Shown here: positions 1-8,420 of the stretch, one piece after another
How positions within the stretch are numbered: the first letter of the stretch is position 1
Layout of the letters: the number at the start of each line of letters is the position of its first letter
DNA from: Fastidiosibacter lacustris
GTDB lineage: Bacteria > Pseudomonadota > Gammaproteobacteria > Francisellales > Francisellaceae
Direction of reading: 5' to 3'
DNA length: 32,000 bases
Assembly: GCF_003428155.1 (NCBI RefSeq)
Contig: NZ_QLIR01000002.1
Span: forward strand, 150,001-182,000
Program-made: the position numbers and the translations under genes
Notes under the pieces: model-generated
The model's input: only the letters and a program-made list of their open reading frames with translations
Told to the model about the DNA's origin: nothing
Databases searched by the model: none

Positions 1-972
1 TAAAAGCTTGGCTCTTAGCATGGGATCAATCGTAATATACTCCCTTAAGGCGACACGCTTGCCATTTTTGCAAGGTATGAGCGTTTGCCAAATAATGGCT
101 TGTGTGGTGCTAAAAAAGTCATAATAAATACGTGTTTTTGCTCCTTCATGGAAAAGCATCAGCAGTCGATTTATCGCCTGAGTTACCGACTGACTATGAA
201 GTGTACTAAAAACGCTATGGCCAGTAAGGGCTGCTTCAATCACAGCAGAAATTGTTTCATTATCTCTTGATTCCCCAACCATGATGGCTGTTGGCGTACG
301 TCTTAATGCGTTTCTAACTGCATAAGCAAAATCAGGTAAACATCTAGGCAGTTCAGATTGTGAAGTAATTGAGTTTCCAGTATGGATTGGTAGGATATAC
401 TCAATTGGTGCTTCAAATGTAAGAATTTTTTCTCCTACAATACTTTTTTGAGCTCTTAAGGCCAACATTGAAGCAAGCAAAGTAGATTTCCCCGATCCTG
501 TTGCACCACAAACTAAAACAATACCTTCTTTGATAAAACTTAAATTGATAAGTTCATTTGGTAATAATAGATTCTCAATAGGTGGTGGGGTTGTGGCTAA
601 TAATCGCATTGAAATTTGGATACCTAATTTTTCATATTGGCTTATTAAACTGGCATTTATCCTAAAACGCAGCGTTTGATTGCTATTTATCCGATGTGTG
701 TAACTAAAATCAAGATCGCTACCACTTAATACTTTAGCTACAGCGTTGCTGCCGTATAAAAGATTAATAAAGTCTTCCACTTCATTAGAGCTAAGACACC
801 TAGTGGTCAATTTTTTATGCTGTCCATATTGTAGTCCAAATATCGGGCTGTCTGTTTGCACTGTCAGGTCACTGATATTAATATCTGCTGCATGAGTTAA
901 CAGTGCATAGTAGTGCTCTTGCAAAAAATACGGTGGTTCATGTGTGAATAAAAGAGAAGTCACGCCAGTCAT
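1..972 (-). CDS. dotB: DotB, Dot/Icm type IVB secretion ATPase (PilT/VirB11-like); C-terminal end lies beyond the window edge
   Basis: Open minus-strand frame from ATG (972-970) to position 1, 324 codons. It is absent from the ORF track because no stop lies inside the window. My translation starts MTGVTSLLFTHEPPYFLQEHYY. It contains Walker A GATGSGKSTLLAS (plus-strand ~481-520), ALRRTPTAIMVGESRDNETISAVIEAALTGH and VALREY, which are typical of DotB/PilT hexameric ATPases. It lies directly downstream of dotD-dotC, as in Legionella and Coxiella. Confidence 0.9.
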   Translation of the reverse strand, partial: MTGVTSLLFTHEPPYFLQEHYYALLTHAADINISDLTVQTDSPIFGLQYGQHKKLTTRCLSSNEVEDFINLLYGSNAVAKVLSGSDLDFSYTHRINSNQTLRFRINASLISQYEKLGIQISMRLLATTPPPIENLLLPNELINLSFIKEGIVLVCGATGSGKSTLLASMLALRAQKSIVGEKILTFEAPIEYILPIHTGNSITSQSELPRCLPDFAYAVRNALRRTPTAIMVGESRDNETISAVIEAALTGHSVFSTLHSQSVTQAINRLLMLFHEGAKTRIYYDFFSTTQAIIWQTLIPCKNGKRVALREYITIDPMLRAKLL

Positions 973-983
973 AGTAAGCTCAT

Positions 984-1745
984 TTATTTTTTGTTATTAC
1001 TTATTACATCGTGTAGTGGATCAAGCATGACTTGCCATAGTTCAGTATTGCTTTGAAATTGTGGCTCAATTTTTAAATTGATTTCTTTATTATCAATAGC
1101 CAGATTATCAGAATCAGATATGATGGCTTTTGTTTCTTTAGTGATGTAAGGTGGAACAATCATGTTGCGGTTTATAAGTTCATAATACATAACCATGCCA
1201 CGAAAATCCCGGTTTAACTTATACACTTGCTGTTTAAAAATATCCACCGCTTGTTCGATACCGCTCTCCCAAGCATAGCGAATAACTGTTTTCCAAATCT
1301 TTTGTTCTTCCTCATTTTGTGGAAGTACGGAACGATCAGGTAATTCAGGTTGAGTAAAGTGGGTAATAAGGTAATCACGCCAAGTTGGGACAGTTGAGAC
1401 GAAATAAGCTTGCCTTGTAATATGATATGACTGACCATTTAAAGTTATTTTACGGTTATCAGTACCAACATTGGATTGATTATAACCTGTTTCAATAATA
1501 GGTGGTAAAATGTTGTCACTTAATAATAACGTATTAAAGTTATAGGTCTGATACAACATAGGTGCCAGTTTATCTAGACTTTTATTAATCATGTTTTGAC
1601 CAACATAGAGTCCACTTTGAATGCCTAACTCTAAAGCAGCTTCTTTAATTGCTTTTTGCCTTAAAGTGAGGTGAGTGCTATCGTATTTTACGATTGGAGC
1701 ATTTGTGTTCAAATTTTCTAGTTGGTGTAATTCGATTGCTATCAT
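984..1745 (-). CDS. dotC: DotC (IncI TraI-like) type IVB secretion core-complex protein
   Basis: 253-aa ORF. Conserved DotC/TraI blocks are recognisable: RQKAIKEAALELGIQSGL, LLLSDNILPPIIETG, VPTWRDYL, RDFRGMVMYYEL. The ATGA overlap with the dotD stop indicates translational coupling. There is no N-terminal signal peptide or lipobox (see findings). Confidence 0.85.
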   Translation of the reverse strand: MIAIELHQLENLNTNAPIVKYDSTHLTLRQKAIKEAALELGIQSGLYVGQNMINKSLDKLAPMLYQTYNFNTLLLSDNILPPIIETGYNQSNVGTDNRKITLNGQSYHITRQAYFVSTVPTWRDYLITHFTQPELPDRSVLPQNEEEQKIWKTVIRYAWESGIEQAVDIFKQQVYKLNRDFRGMVMYYELINRNMIVPPYITKETKAIISDSDNLAIDNKEINLKIEPQFQSNTELWQVMLDPLHDVISNNKK

Positions 1746-2239
1746 GCTTGTAAATACCTGACACTGATGACTTTGGCTTCTGTATTAATACTTAAGCTTG
1801 CTTGTTTACCCGCTTGAACAGCGATATTCCTTAAAATATTAAGGGCAGTTTCTTGTATAGGGGCATTAAGTTGACCAATAATGATGACAATTGGAAAGGG
1901 TGGTGTTTTACCAAAGTATTGCACCTTATAATTTACCGCTAAGCCAATTTTAGTTAGCACATTTTCTAACGGACCATAATAAGTTAGTGAAAGTGTTTGC
2001 AACAGCTGAGCATCATTAACGTTAGTAAAAGGAATATTAGGGTTGCCATAGCGAATGGTGTTAGAACGATTGAGCTCATTAAGTGAGCTTTGAATTGACT
2101 CACTCGAGGTTTTAAGCTCATTAATTACCATATTGTTGATGTACTCAGGCTGGTATTTCTCTGGCGTGCTTGTGTCAACATGACTGCATGCGCTCAGTAG
2201 TACTATAGAAAGAGAAAGAATAAGTGATGTAGTTTTCAT
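1742..2239 (-). CDS. dotD: DotD (IncI TraH-like) type IVB secretion outer-membrane lipoprotein
   Basis: 165 aa. It has a lipoprotein signal with lipobox LLSAC (MKTTSLILSLSIVLLSACS). The C-terminal domain aligns by eye with Legionella DotD (YYGPLENVLTKIG...GKTPPFPIVIII...ILRNIAVQAGKQASL...VISVRYL). It lies upstream of dotC-dotB. Confidence 0.88.
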   Translation of the reverse strand: MKTTSLILSLSIVLLSACSHVDTSTPEKYQPEYINNMVINELKTSSESIQSSLNELNRSNTIRYGNPNIPFTNVNDAQLLQTLSLTYYGPLENVLTKIGLAVNYKVQYFGKTPPFPIVIIIGQLNAPIQETALNILRNIAVQAGKQASLSINTEAKVISVRYLQA

Positions 2240-2264
2240 AAGTTAGAACTCTGATAAAGTTAAA

Positions 2265-2681
2265 TTATTTGCTAAAAATATTTTCGTCTTGTACTTCAAA
2301 AGTTTTTGTTGCACCATCTTGTCCCATGTTTTTTGAGATCGTTCCTTGTAACATTTGAATAGCTGGTACAAGGCACATTAAGAATACACCAAGTACAAGG
2401 TGACCTGCGCCATGTTTAACATGTTCCCCTTGAGTGCCTTGAGTGGTGTGATGTTTTCTAAAGAGTTGTAATGCACTATATACAAACCACATACCAACCA
2501 CTGTAGCGACAATTTGAACGAACGTCTTTATTTGTTCAAAAAAAGTGACAATTCCTTGGGCCCACTCACCAAATTTATGGACAGTGCCAGAGGGAGTATC
2601 AGCATAACTAATAGCACAAGTAAGCGTTAATAAAAAAACACCAATTAAAAATTTTTTGATGCTAGGGATATTCATTTTCAT
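2265..2681 (-). CDS. icmD: Small polytopic membrane protein, candidate IcmD/DotP-family T4BSS inner-membrane component
   Basis: 138 aa (Legionella IcmD is ~132 aa). It has a cleavable-looking signal (..LTCAISYA/DTP), then two hydrophobic helices joined by a charged His/Gly-rich loop (LFRKHHTTQGTQGEHVKHGAGH). That loop-plus-helix unit resembles units in the adjacent 194-aa ORF, as expected for the DotE/DotP/DotV family. A GGAG RBS lies ~9 nt upstream. The assignment rests on size, topology and synteny only. Confidence 0.5.
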   Translation of the reverse strand: MKMNIPSIKKFLIGVFLLTLTCAISYADTPSGTVHKFGEWAQGIVTFFEQIKTFVQIVATVVGMWFVYSALQLFRKHHTTQGTQGEHVKHGAGHLVLGVFLMCLVPAIQMLQGTISKNMGQDGATKTFEVQDENIFSK

Positions 2682-2765
2682 ATTTATTCTCCATTTCTTG
2701 GTTTGGGTTTAAGGGTTTTGATTTTTATCTATATCACAGTGAGTAAAAAGTATTTTTTATGGTCT

Positions 2766-3350
2766 TTACCCAGTCATATATTGTTTAAAGTCATATATAT
2801 TATTTAAAATTGTCATACAATAAGCCGCATTCATGCCTACAACCCCCGCAATAAGATGACTTACAACTTGTCCAATTCCACCCTCATGTTGCCCTTCTGA
2901 TACTTTAATTAGTAAAAAAACGCCGCGAATGAGTGAAATAAATCCCACGATTGCAAGTAGTGAAAACACTAAATATTGCTGGGCAATATTAATATCTTTA
3001 GACTTCTCTGCCCCATCTGCATAAGCGCTGATCGTATTAATTGGATTAAGTGACGTATCTTGAAACAATGCAGTACTTACCATTTCTAGAAAGCCTGTCA
3101 TTGACAATAACATAACCCCTGAGAAAAGCATCAATATGGTGGTTGATGGTGCGTAATAGCGAAACATCTGCTGAGTTTTACCATGTTTTGATAAGCGAAT
3201 AATGGCAATAAATAAGAGGCAAAAGCCTATGATTGTGCCAATGACGCGTATTAAATCAAACACGGTGAAGTCTGTGGTATTTTCAGTACCAATCAGCATT
3301 TTAAGTATTCCAACGATATAGTCGATGGCTTCGGTATTATTCTTATCCAT
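2766..3350 (-). CDS. icmC: Four-TM membrane protein, candidate IcmC/DotE-family T4BSS inner-membrane component
   Basis: 194 aa, the same length as Legionella IcmC/DotE. It has four hydrophobic helices arranged as two hairpin units with charged loops (IIRLSKHGKTQQ and LLIKVSEGQHEGGIG). These are paralogous to the loop of the 138-aa neighbour. The icmC-then-icmD order matches Legionella. No strong RBS is present. Confidence 0.5.
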   Translation of the reverse strand: MDKNNTEAIDYIVGILKMLIGTENTTDFTVFDLIRVIGTIIGFCLLFIAIIRLSKHGKTQQMFRYYAPSTTILMLFSGVMLLSMTGFLEMVSTALFQDTSLNPINTISAYADGAEKSKDINIAQQYLVFSLLAIVGFISLIRGVFLLIKVSEGQHEGGIGQVVSHLIAGVVGMNAAYCMTILNNIYDFKQYMTG

Positions 3351-3750
3351 GGATTTTCAGCGTTTTACAAGTTGTTTTCGATTGTTTGGCATTTTTTTCT
3401 AAAAGCAGTTACTCATCAATAGGTTTGAAATAACTTCATCATTTTGTCTTAAACTTTAATGTAATTTTCTAACTTTCGAAAAATGAATAAAAATAGATAA
3501 AGTGTGATCTTTTAAATATTGATTGGTTATCATAATTATGCGTAGTTTTACGCTATTTTTTTTACACTGATCATGTATTATACGCATCTAGTGCAATATT
3601 CTTTAAATGAATTTTGATTGCTAATTAAGTATGACACTTGTTAATTTCTGGTTAGTACATTATTAATTTAATATCACTAAGCATTTAAAGAAGACAGCAC
3701 TAATTGAAAATGGGACGTGTTTAAATATTATGGTCATTATGGGGTTAATT

Positions 3751-4353
3751 ATGACGCAATATCAATTTGCCTTTTTTGAAAAGGATAAGTCTGGAAAATT
3801 AGTTAACATTAATAAACAATATTTAAGCTATCTTGGAATACAAGATGAAATCGAGCTTCAAGGTAAGAATGAAGTGGATATAGCAGAGTTAAAACCATTT
3901 CATAAAATGTATTCAACTGGAGAACAAGAAGCACGTTTGCTCAAAGGTGTATCGATACAAAAGGAATTATTTTATTTTGATGGAAAAGGTCCTGAGTCAA
4001 TTATTACTACGCGCACATATATTAATTCAGATAAAGTTGAAATCAGGGGGTTCTTTTTTAAAATAGCGAAAGTACCTGTAACTTGGGATGGTAAGAATCT
4101 AACGATATGGAATTACTTCAAACCTGTTAAATTACCTTTGCTTAAGTTTTACGTACTGACATTAAAATGTCGAGGTCATAATAACCTTGAAATTGCTAAT
4201 CGTATTTTTCGTGCAGAATCTACCGTTAGAAATATCGTTCAGGATTTATATTGTGCATTTGAAGTCTACGACTTTGTGACCTTAACACGTTATTATGACT
4301 TAGGAGAATGGTTAAATAAACTGACCATACAGCTATTGAGTGAATCTTTTTAG
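3751..4353 (+). CDS. PAS-like sensor domain / LuxR(GerE)-type HTH transcriptional regulator
   Basis: The C-terminus LKFYVLTLKCRGHNNLEIANRIFRAESTVRNIVQDLYCAFEV fits the LuxR/GerE HTH pattern. The N-terminus DKSGKLVNINKQYLSYLGIQDEIELQGKNEVDI fits a PAS S1-box pattern. The track ORF starts at 3730 (MVIMGLIMTQ); ATG 3751 is my preferred start, but it is not resolved. Confidence 0.65.
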   Translation: MTQYQFAFFEKDKSGKLVNINKQYLSYLGIQDEIELQGKNEVDIAELKPFHKMYSTGEQEARLLKGVSIQKELFYFDGKGPESIITTRTYINSDKVEIRGFFFKIAKVPVTWDGKNLTIWNYFKPVKLPLLKFYVLTLKCRGHNNLEIANRIFRAESTVRNIVQDLYCAFEVYDFVTLTRYYDLGEWLNKLTIQLLSESF

Positions 4354-4518
4354 CGCAATAATCAGTTAATCTCACCATGAACTCCTTGACACTTAATAAC
4401 ACCCTAAAATAGTGCAACTTGTATAGAGCAATTTCGCTCTCCCCACTACAATTAAACTTAACTCTTGATATAAGAGTATTATCGCAAGCAGATTGTTAAA
4501 AGTCCCTTCTTTGTATAT

Positions 4519-4556
4519 ATAAAATGAAAAAATACGTTTCATTTTATTATTTTTGA
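4519..4556. terminator. AT-rich hairpin between convergent genes (LuxR-type regulator and response regulator)
   Basis: aaaatgaaa (4521-4529) pairs with tttcatttt (4537-4545) around a 7-nt loop. The stem can be extended by 2 bp. It is followed by ttattttt. The stem is almost all A-T, so the hairpin is weak. Confidence 0.35.
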
Positions 4557-4572
4557 TAACTTGGGTGTAGTG

Positions 4573-5322
4573 TTAGAAAGATATAGTATGATTTGTGTCA
4601 CTACACTGAATGGGTGCGTTAAACAGATAGCCTTTTCCGTGTATGGTTTTAATTATTTTAGGGTTCTGTGGATCAGTTTCTAGTTTTTTTCTAATACGCA
4701 TGATCATGATATCAATATTCCGATCATACCCATTGTATTCACGTCCATATAAAGATTGAATCAAGTCATTTCTAGATAAAGTTTGTCCATCGTTTTCAAC
4801 AAGTAGGTGCAATAGTTCAAATTCTTTTGTTGTTAATTCAACAGATACACCATGATCGTTAATTAATGTTCGCTCTCTAAGATCAAAACACCAGTTGTTA
4901 AAGTAAATATAATTAGCATTGTGAAATTCTTGGTGCTCCATTGAATTGCTATTTTTAGTTGTTCTACGAAGTACAGCTTTTATAGTGGCAAGTAGGACTT
5001 TTGGATTAAAGGGTTTTGTTATGTAGTGATCTGCACCTACCTCATAAGCAAGCACACGATCAATATCGTCGTCGGATGCTGTTAGCATAATAGTTGGAAT
5101 AGGGTGTTGGCTATGTATTCTCCTACAAAAATCGATACCATTTTCTATGGGTAGATTAATATCCAGTAGCATCAGGTTAGGCTTTTGTAAGTTAATTTGC
5201 TCTTGGGCCTCGTTGACGCTTCCCACTGTGATTGCTTTGTAGTTATTTTTTGTTAATGTATCGGATAATAATTTTCTTACGTCATTATCATCGTCAACAA
5301 TTAAAATTGTAGCTTGTAACAT
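4573..5322 (-). CDS. OmpR/PhoB-family response regulator (receiver + winged-helix DNA-binding domain)
   Basis: Receiver motifs are present: ILIVDDD, LMLLDINLP (phospho-Asp), IMLTA, DHYITKPF. The C-terminus LTTKEFELLHLL...RNIDIMIMRIRKKLE...IKTIHGKGY is an OmpR-type winged helix. Confidence 0.92.
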   Translation of the reverse strand: MLQATILIVDDDNDVRKLLSDTLTKNNYKAITVGSVNEAQEQINLQKPNLMLLDINLPIENGIDFCRRIHSQHPIPTIMLTASDDDIDRVLAYEVGADHYITKPFNPKVLLATIKAVLRRTTKNSNSMEHQEFHNANYIYFNNWCFDLRERTLINDHGVSVELTTKEFELLHLLVENDGQTLSRNDLIQSLYGREYNGYDRNIDIMIMRIRKKLETDPQNPKIIKTIHGKGYLFNAPIQCSDTNHTISF

Positions 5323-5417
5323 TGTTGTCTTCTCTTAACTATATACAAAAATCATAATTTGAAGATACTTTATACCTTAAAGCCTCTTTGTTCAAGTGAG
5401 TTATTTTGATATTTTGA

Positions 5418-6713
5418 CTAGGGCATTTGAAACGCAACTTTAACAGTTAATCCATTTGCATTTTCATTATTGTATATCATTAATTCAGCATTGTTATGCG
5501 TCAGTATTTCTTTAACAATAGCTAATCCAAGACCAGATCCTGGTATATTATGACTACGGGCACTGTCAACACGATAAAAAGGATCACATATTTTAGTCAA
5601 GTGTGCATTTGCAATACCTGGACCTGAATCAGTAAACAATAAATATAATTGTTGGTTACTTTCTTCAATGTGAACCATAACGCTACCTGCATATTTTATC
5701 GCATTATCAATTAAATTTTGCACAACACGCTTTAGTGCCTTATGTCGAAAGATGACGATTGCTTTTTGTAAAGTCGTTGAAAAGCTCACTGCAAAACCGT
5801 TAATTTGGTATTCATGACACACTGATTCAGCAAAATCAATCAGGTCAATTTTCTGACGCTTTTCTTTAAAATAGGTTTTCTTTGCATAAACACTAATTTG
5901 AGCGAGTAAATATTCCATATCATCATAATATTTAATTAGTTCATCGTGGTATTTTGTTGGGATATTATTGTACATATAAAGCTTAGCTTTAGTAATAGGT
6001 GTTTTAAGATCATGTGATATAGCTTGTATTGTATACATTTTCTCATCAATTAAGGTATTGAGTTTACTACACGTTTTTTCCATTAAATCAGCTAGATTCT
6101 TGAAGTTAAATGGTTTAGTGACAGTGGAGCCACTGGTTAAATTCAATTTATCTGCCAAGGCTTGCATGCGTAAAAATGGTTGGACCAATTTTTGTTTATA
6201 GACAAAGTGGATTGGGATAAGCAAAAGCATGAATATTAAAAAAAGCAAAAGCAAAAAATAAAGATAATAAAGATTGGGAAGCTCAATTTTAAAATTTGCA
6301 CATTGTTTAAGGTCAACATAGCAAATAGAAACATCTTTTGAGTGAAAAAAAGGAAGGCTCCCAAGCTCAGTTTCAATTTGTTTTCTTATGTCCGTATATA
6401 AAAAATAACTATTTTTTTGATACTTCGTAGGAATATCTAACCCAATTACTGGATAAAACGTTGGTTTATCGCTAAAAAAATACGAAATGTAGCGTGGAAC
6501 ACGATGTATATTTGCTTGATCAGAACTTTCTAGTGCATTGTTGTGACGTAAATAGACTTGAAATATTGTATTTGTTAATGAATGCAGCGTTTTATGATAC
6601 TGGCTATCACGGTATTGTTGGTAGGAAAGAATAATGAAAATAAGGTTTAGTGTCATAAAGATAAGGAATAAAACGGGGAAGAACCAATAACTAAGATGTT
6701 TTTTAATATTCAC
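5418..6713 (-). CDS. Sensor histidine kinase (two TM helices, periplasmic loop, HisKA + HATPase_c)
   Basis: H-box AISHDLKTPIT, N-box LIDNAIKYA, G-boxes DSGPGI and GSGLGLAIV. TM1 is WFFPVLFLIFMTLNLIFIIL and TM2 is LYYLYFLLLLFLIFMLLLIPI. GTG start at 6713 with a GAGGAA RBS. It lies 95 bp upstream of the response regulator on the same strand. Confidence 0.92.
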   Translation of the reverse strand: MNIKKHLSYWFFPVLFLIFMTLNLIFIILSYQQYRDSQYHKTLHSLTNTIFQVYLRHNNALESSDQANIHRVPRYISYFFSDKPTFYPVIGLDIPTKYQKNSYFLYTDIRKQIETELGSLPFFHSKDVSICYVDLKQCANFKIELPNLYYLYFLLLLFLIFMLLLIPIHFVYKQKLVQPFLRMQALADKLNLTSGSTVTKPFNFKNLADLMEKTCSKLNTLIDEKMYTIQAISHDLKTPITKAKLYMYNNIPTKYHDELIKYYDDMEYLLAQISVYAKKTYFKEKRQKIDLIDFAESVCHEYQINGFAVSFSTTLQKAIVIFRHKALKRVVQNLIDNAIKYAGSVMVHIEESNQQLYLLFTDSGPGIANAHLTKICDPFYRVDSARSHNIPGSGLGLAIVKEILTHNNAELMIYNNENANGLTVKVAFQMP

Positions 6714-7045
6714 TTTGTTTCCTCTTTATCAAAGTCAAATGCTATAAGATTCTCTATGGTAGAAAATCTACTTCTCTTTTTCCTTCCCTGTCAATTCATA
6801 GTGTCGATAAAATAGTTAAGTGTAAGTTTATCTAATAGGCTTATCACGAATCATTTTACAGAGTTTTTGTCTTTGAATTTGATGGTGAGGTTCTTTTGTT
6901 TTTTTACCTTTCAGCGTAGATCACTCATACGCTTAACACCACTTCCCCACCTCTTTAAAAATTGTATTCACAAATAAACTAAGATAGCAAGTGTGTCAGT
7001 TGATTTATTTGTAAATACATATTGATTTCTGGGATGATTTATTAT

Positions 7046-7075
7046 CTATGTATACAAATTCATTTGCATACATAG
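7046..7075 (-). terminator. Hairpin ~20 nt downstream of the 364-aa gene stop
   Basis: ctatgtatacaaat (7046-7059) pairs with atttgcatacatag (7062-7075), a 14-bp stem with one mismatch. A second 9-bp inverted repeat follows: acaaataaa 6970-6978 / tttatttgt 7004-7012. There is no strong U-tract. Confidence 0.4.
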
Positions 7076-7093
7076 AACCTATTGATACGATTT

Positions 7094-8188
7094 CTAATGA
7101 ATATGTGAGTTAAGTTGTACTGCAATCTGATTCAAAATAGCCCAATATCCTTGTTCAGGTGTCACAGCGAAGTGTTTAGCTGTAGCTTGTGCAAAAGAGA
7201 CGATCATTTTTGCAAAGGCATTTTTATCGCTGGCTTGTGCTATAGCTTCATAATTACTTATCGCTGTCAAATCTGTTTTCATTATAAACATCAATGCTTG
7301 ATAACTGTCGGTTAGTCCTGTTTTATTCTCGGCATTGTGGACAAAATCAATAACGCTTTGTGGTAGTTTTAATGTAAATATTGTTACACCAAAAACTTTG
7401 ATTGGCACGTTAATATTCAATGCCGATTCTAAGCCATTATTAACATCGACAACAGCTTGAGTGACCCCCGAAACAGTCGCATTTTGGCGCAACAAAGCTA
7501 CGTTTGACTTTAAAATTTCAGGGGTGATGTTATAGACGTCATCAATTGCACCTTGCTTGATTTTGACATAAGCATTTTGTGCATCAATCTGAAGCTGATA
7601 GGCCATAGTATTGATTTGTACATAGCTATCCTTGGCATGGTCCATGCCTTGTTTTTGGATGTTTGCCAAACCATAAATCATCATGTAATTTACAAAATGA
7701 TTAAAATCTTGTGCTTGCTCGCTACTGTTTTCGTTTTTCCAGAATGCAACGCGTGCCTGCCATGCTTTATCAAAGGCGCTCTTATAATTTACTAGATGCT
7801 GATCCATAATAGGAAGTATATTGATGTTTTGAAGTGCATTATAGAGTTCTTTGGCTGCATCTTTAGTTTGCTTACTGGCTTCTGTTACATTGACATCTTT
7901 ATTGTAAATCGGATATTCCTTAATAATTAAATCGGCAAAAGATATACCTTTAGTGATGGTATTGATATAAGATTTGCTCTTTGCTGCATTATAAAATGCA
8001 TTCAATTGTTTAATACTCTCAGGATTACCAGATAAACTCTCTGCTGAGAAGTTTTGTAAAGATTCGCTAATAATATTTTTGTCAATCGGTGTTTCTTGTG
8101 ATTGAGCATAATTTGCATAAGATACATTCGCTGTGATAACGGCTATAGATAAAGGTGCTATGAACAGTTGAAGCTTCTTAAAATTCAT
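7094..8188 (-). CDS. Hypothetical exported protein (Sec signal peptide, predominantly helical), no family recognised
   Basis: 364-aa ORF. The N-terminus MNFKKLQLFIAPLSIAVITANVSYA/NYAQ looks like a type I signal peptide. An AGGAGAAATAAATAAATG-type RBS is present (ggagaaataaataa on the minus strand). The codon and AT bias match the neighbouring genes. Confidence 0.6.
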   Translation of the reverse strand: MNFKKLQLFIAPLSIAVITANVSYANYAQSQETPIDKNIISESLQNFSAESLSGNPESIKQLNAFYNAAKSKSYINTITKGISFADLIIKEYPIYNKDVNVTEASKQTKDAAKELYNALQNINILPIMDQHLVNYKSAFDKAWQARVAFWKNENSSEQAQDFNHFVNYMMIYGLANIQKQGMDHAKDSYVQINTMAYQLQIDAQNAYVKIKQGAIDDVYNITPEILKSNVALLRQNATVSGVTQAVVDVNNGLESALNINVPIKVFGVTIFTLKLPQSVIDFVHNAENKTGLTDSYQALMFIMKTDLTAISNYEAIAQASDKNAFAKMIVSFAQATAKHFAVTPEQGYWAILNQIAVQLNSHIH

Positions 8189-8420
8189 TTATTTATTTCT
8201 CCTTTTATTGATTACATATTGATGTGCACACTATTTCTTGTGAGCGCTGCTGATTCTAATCGCCTTAAAATGAAACGTTTATGAATTCATATCAAAAACG
8301 GACAAACTGTCTTTAATTACAAAAGGTATTTTCAAAAAGTAGAAAATTGGGAGGAGTGTAAATTCATTTCTTACAATTCATAGGTCTATAGAGAGAATAT
8401 GAATAAAATAATAATACTTT

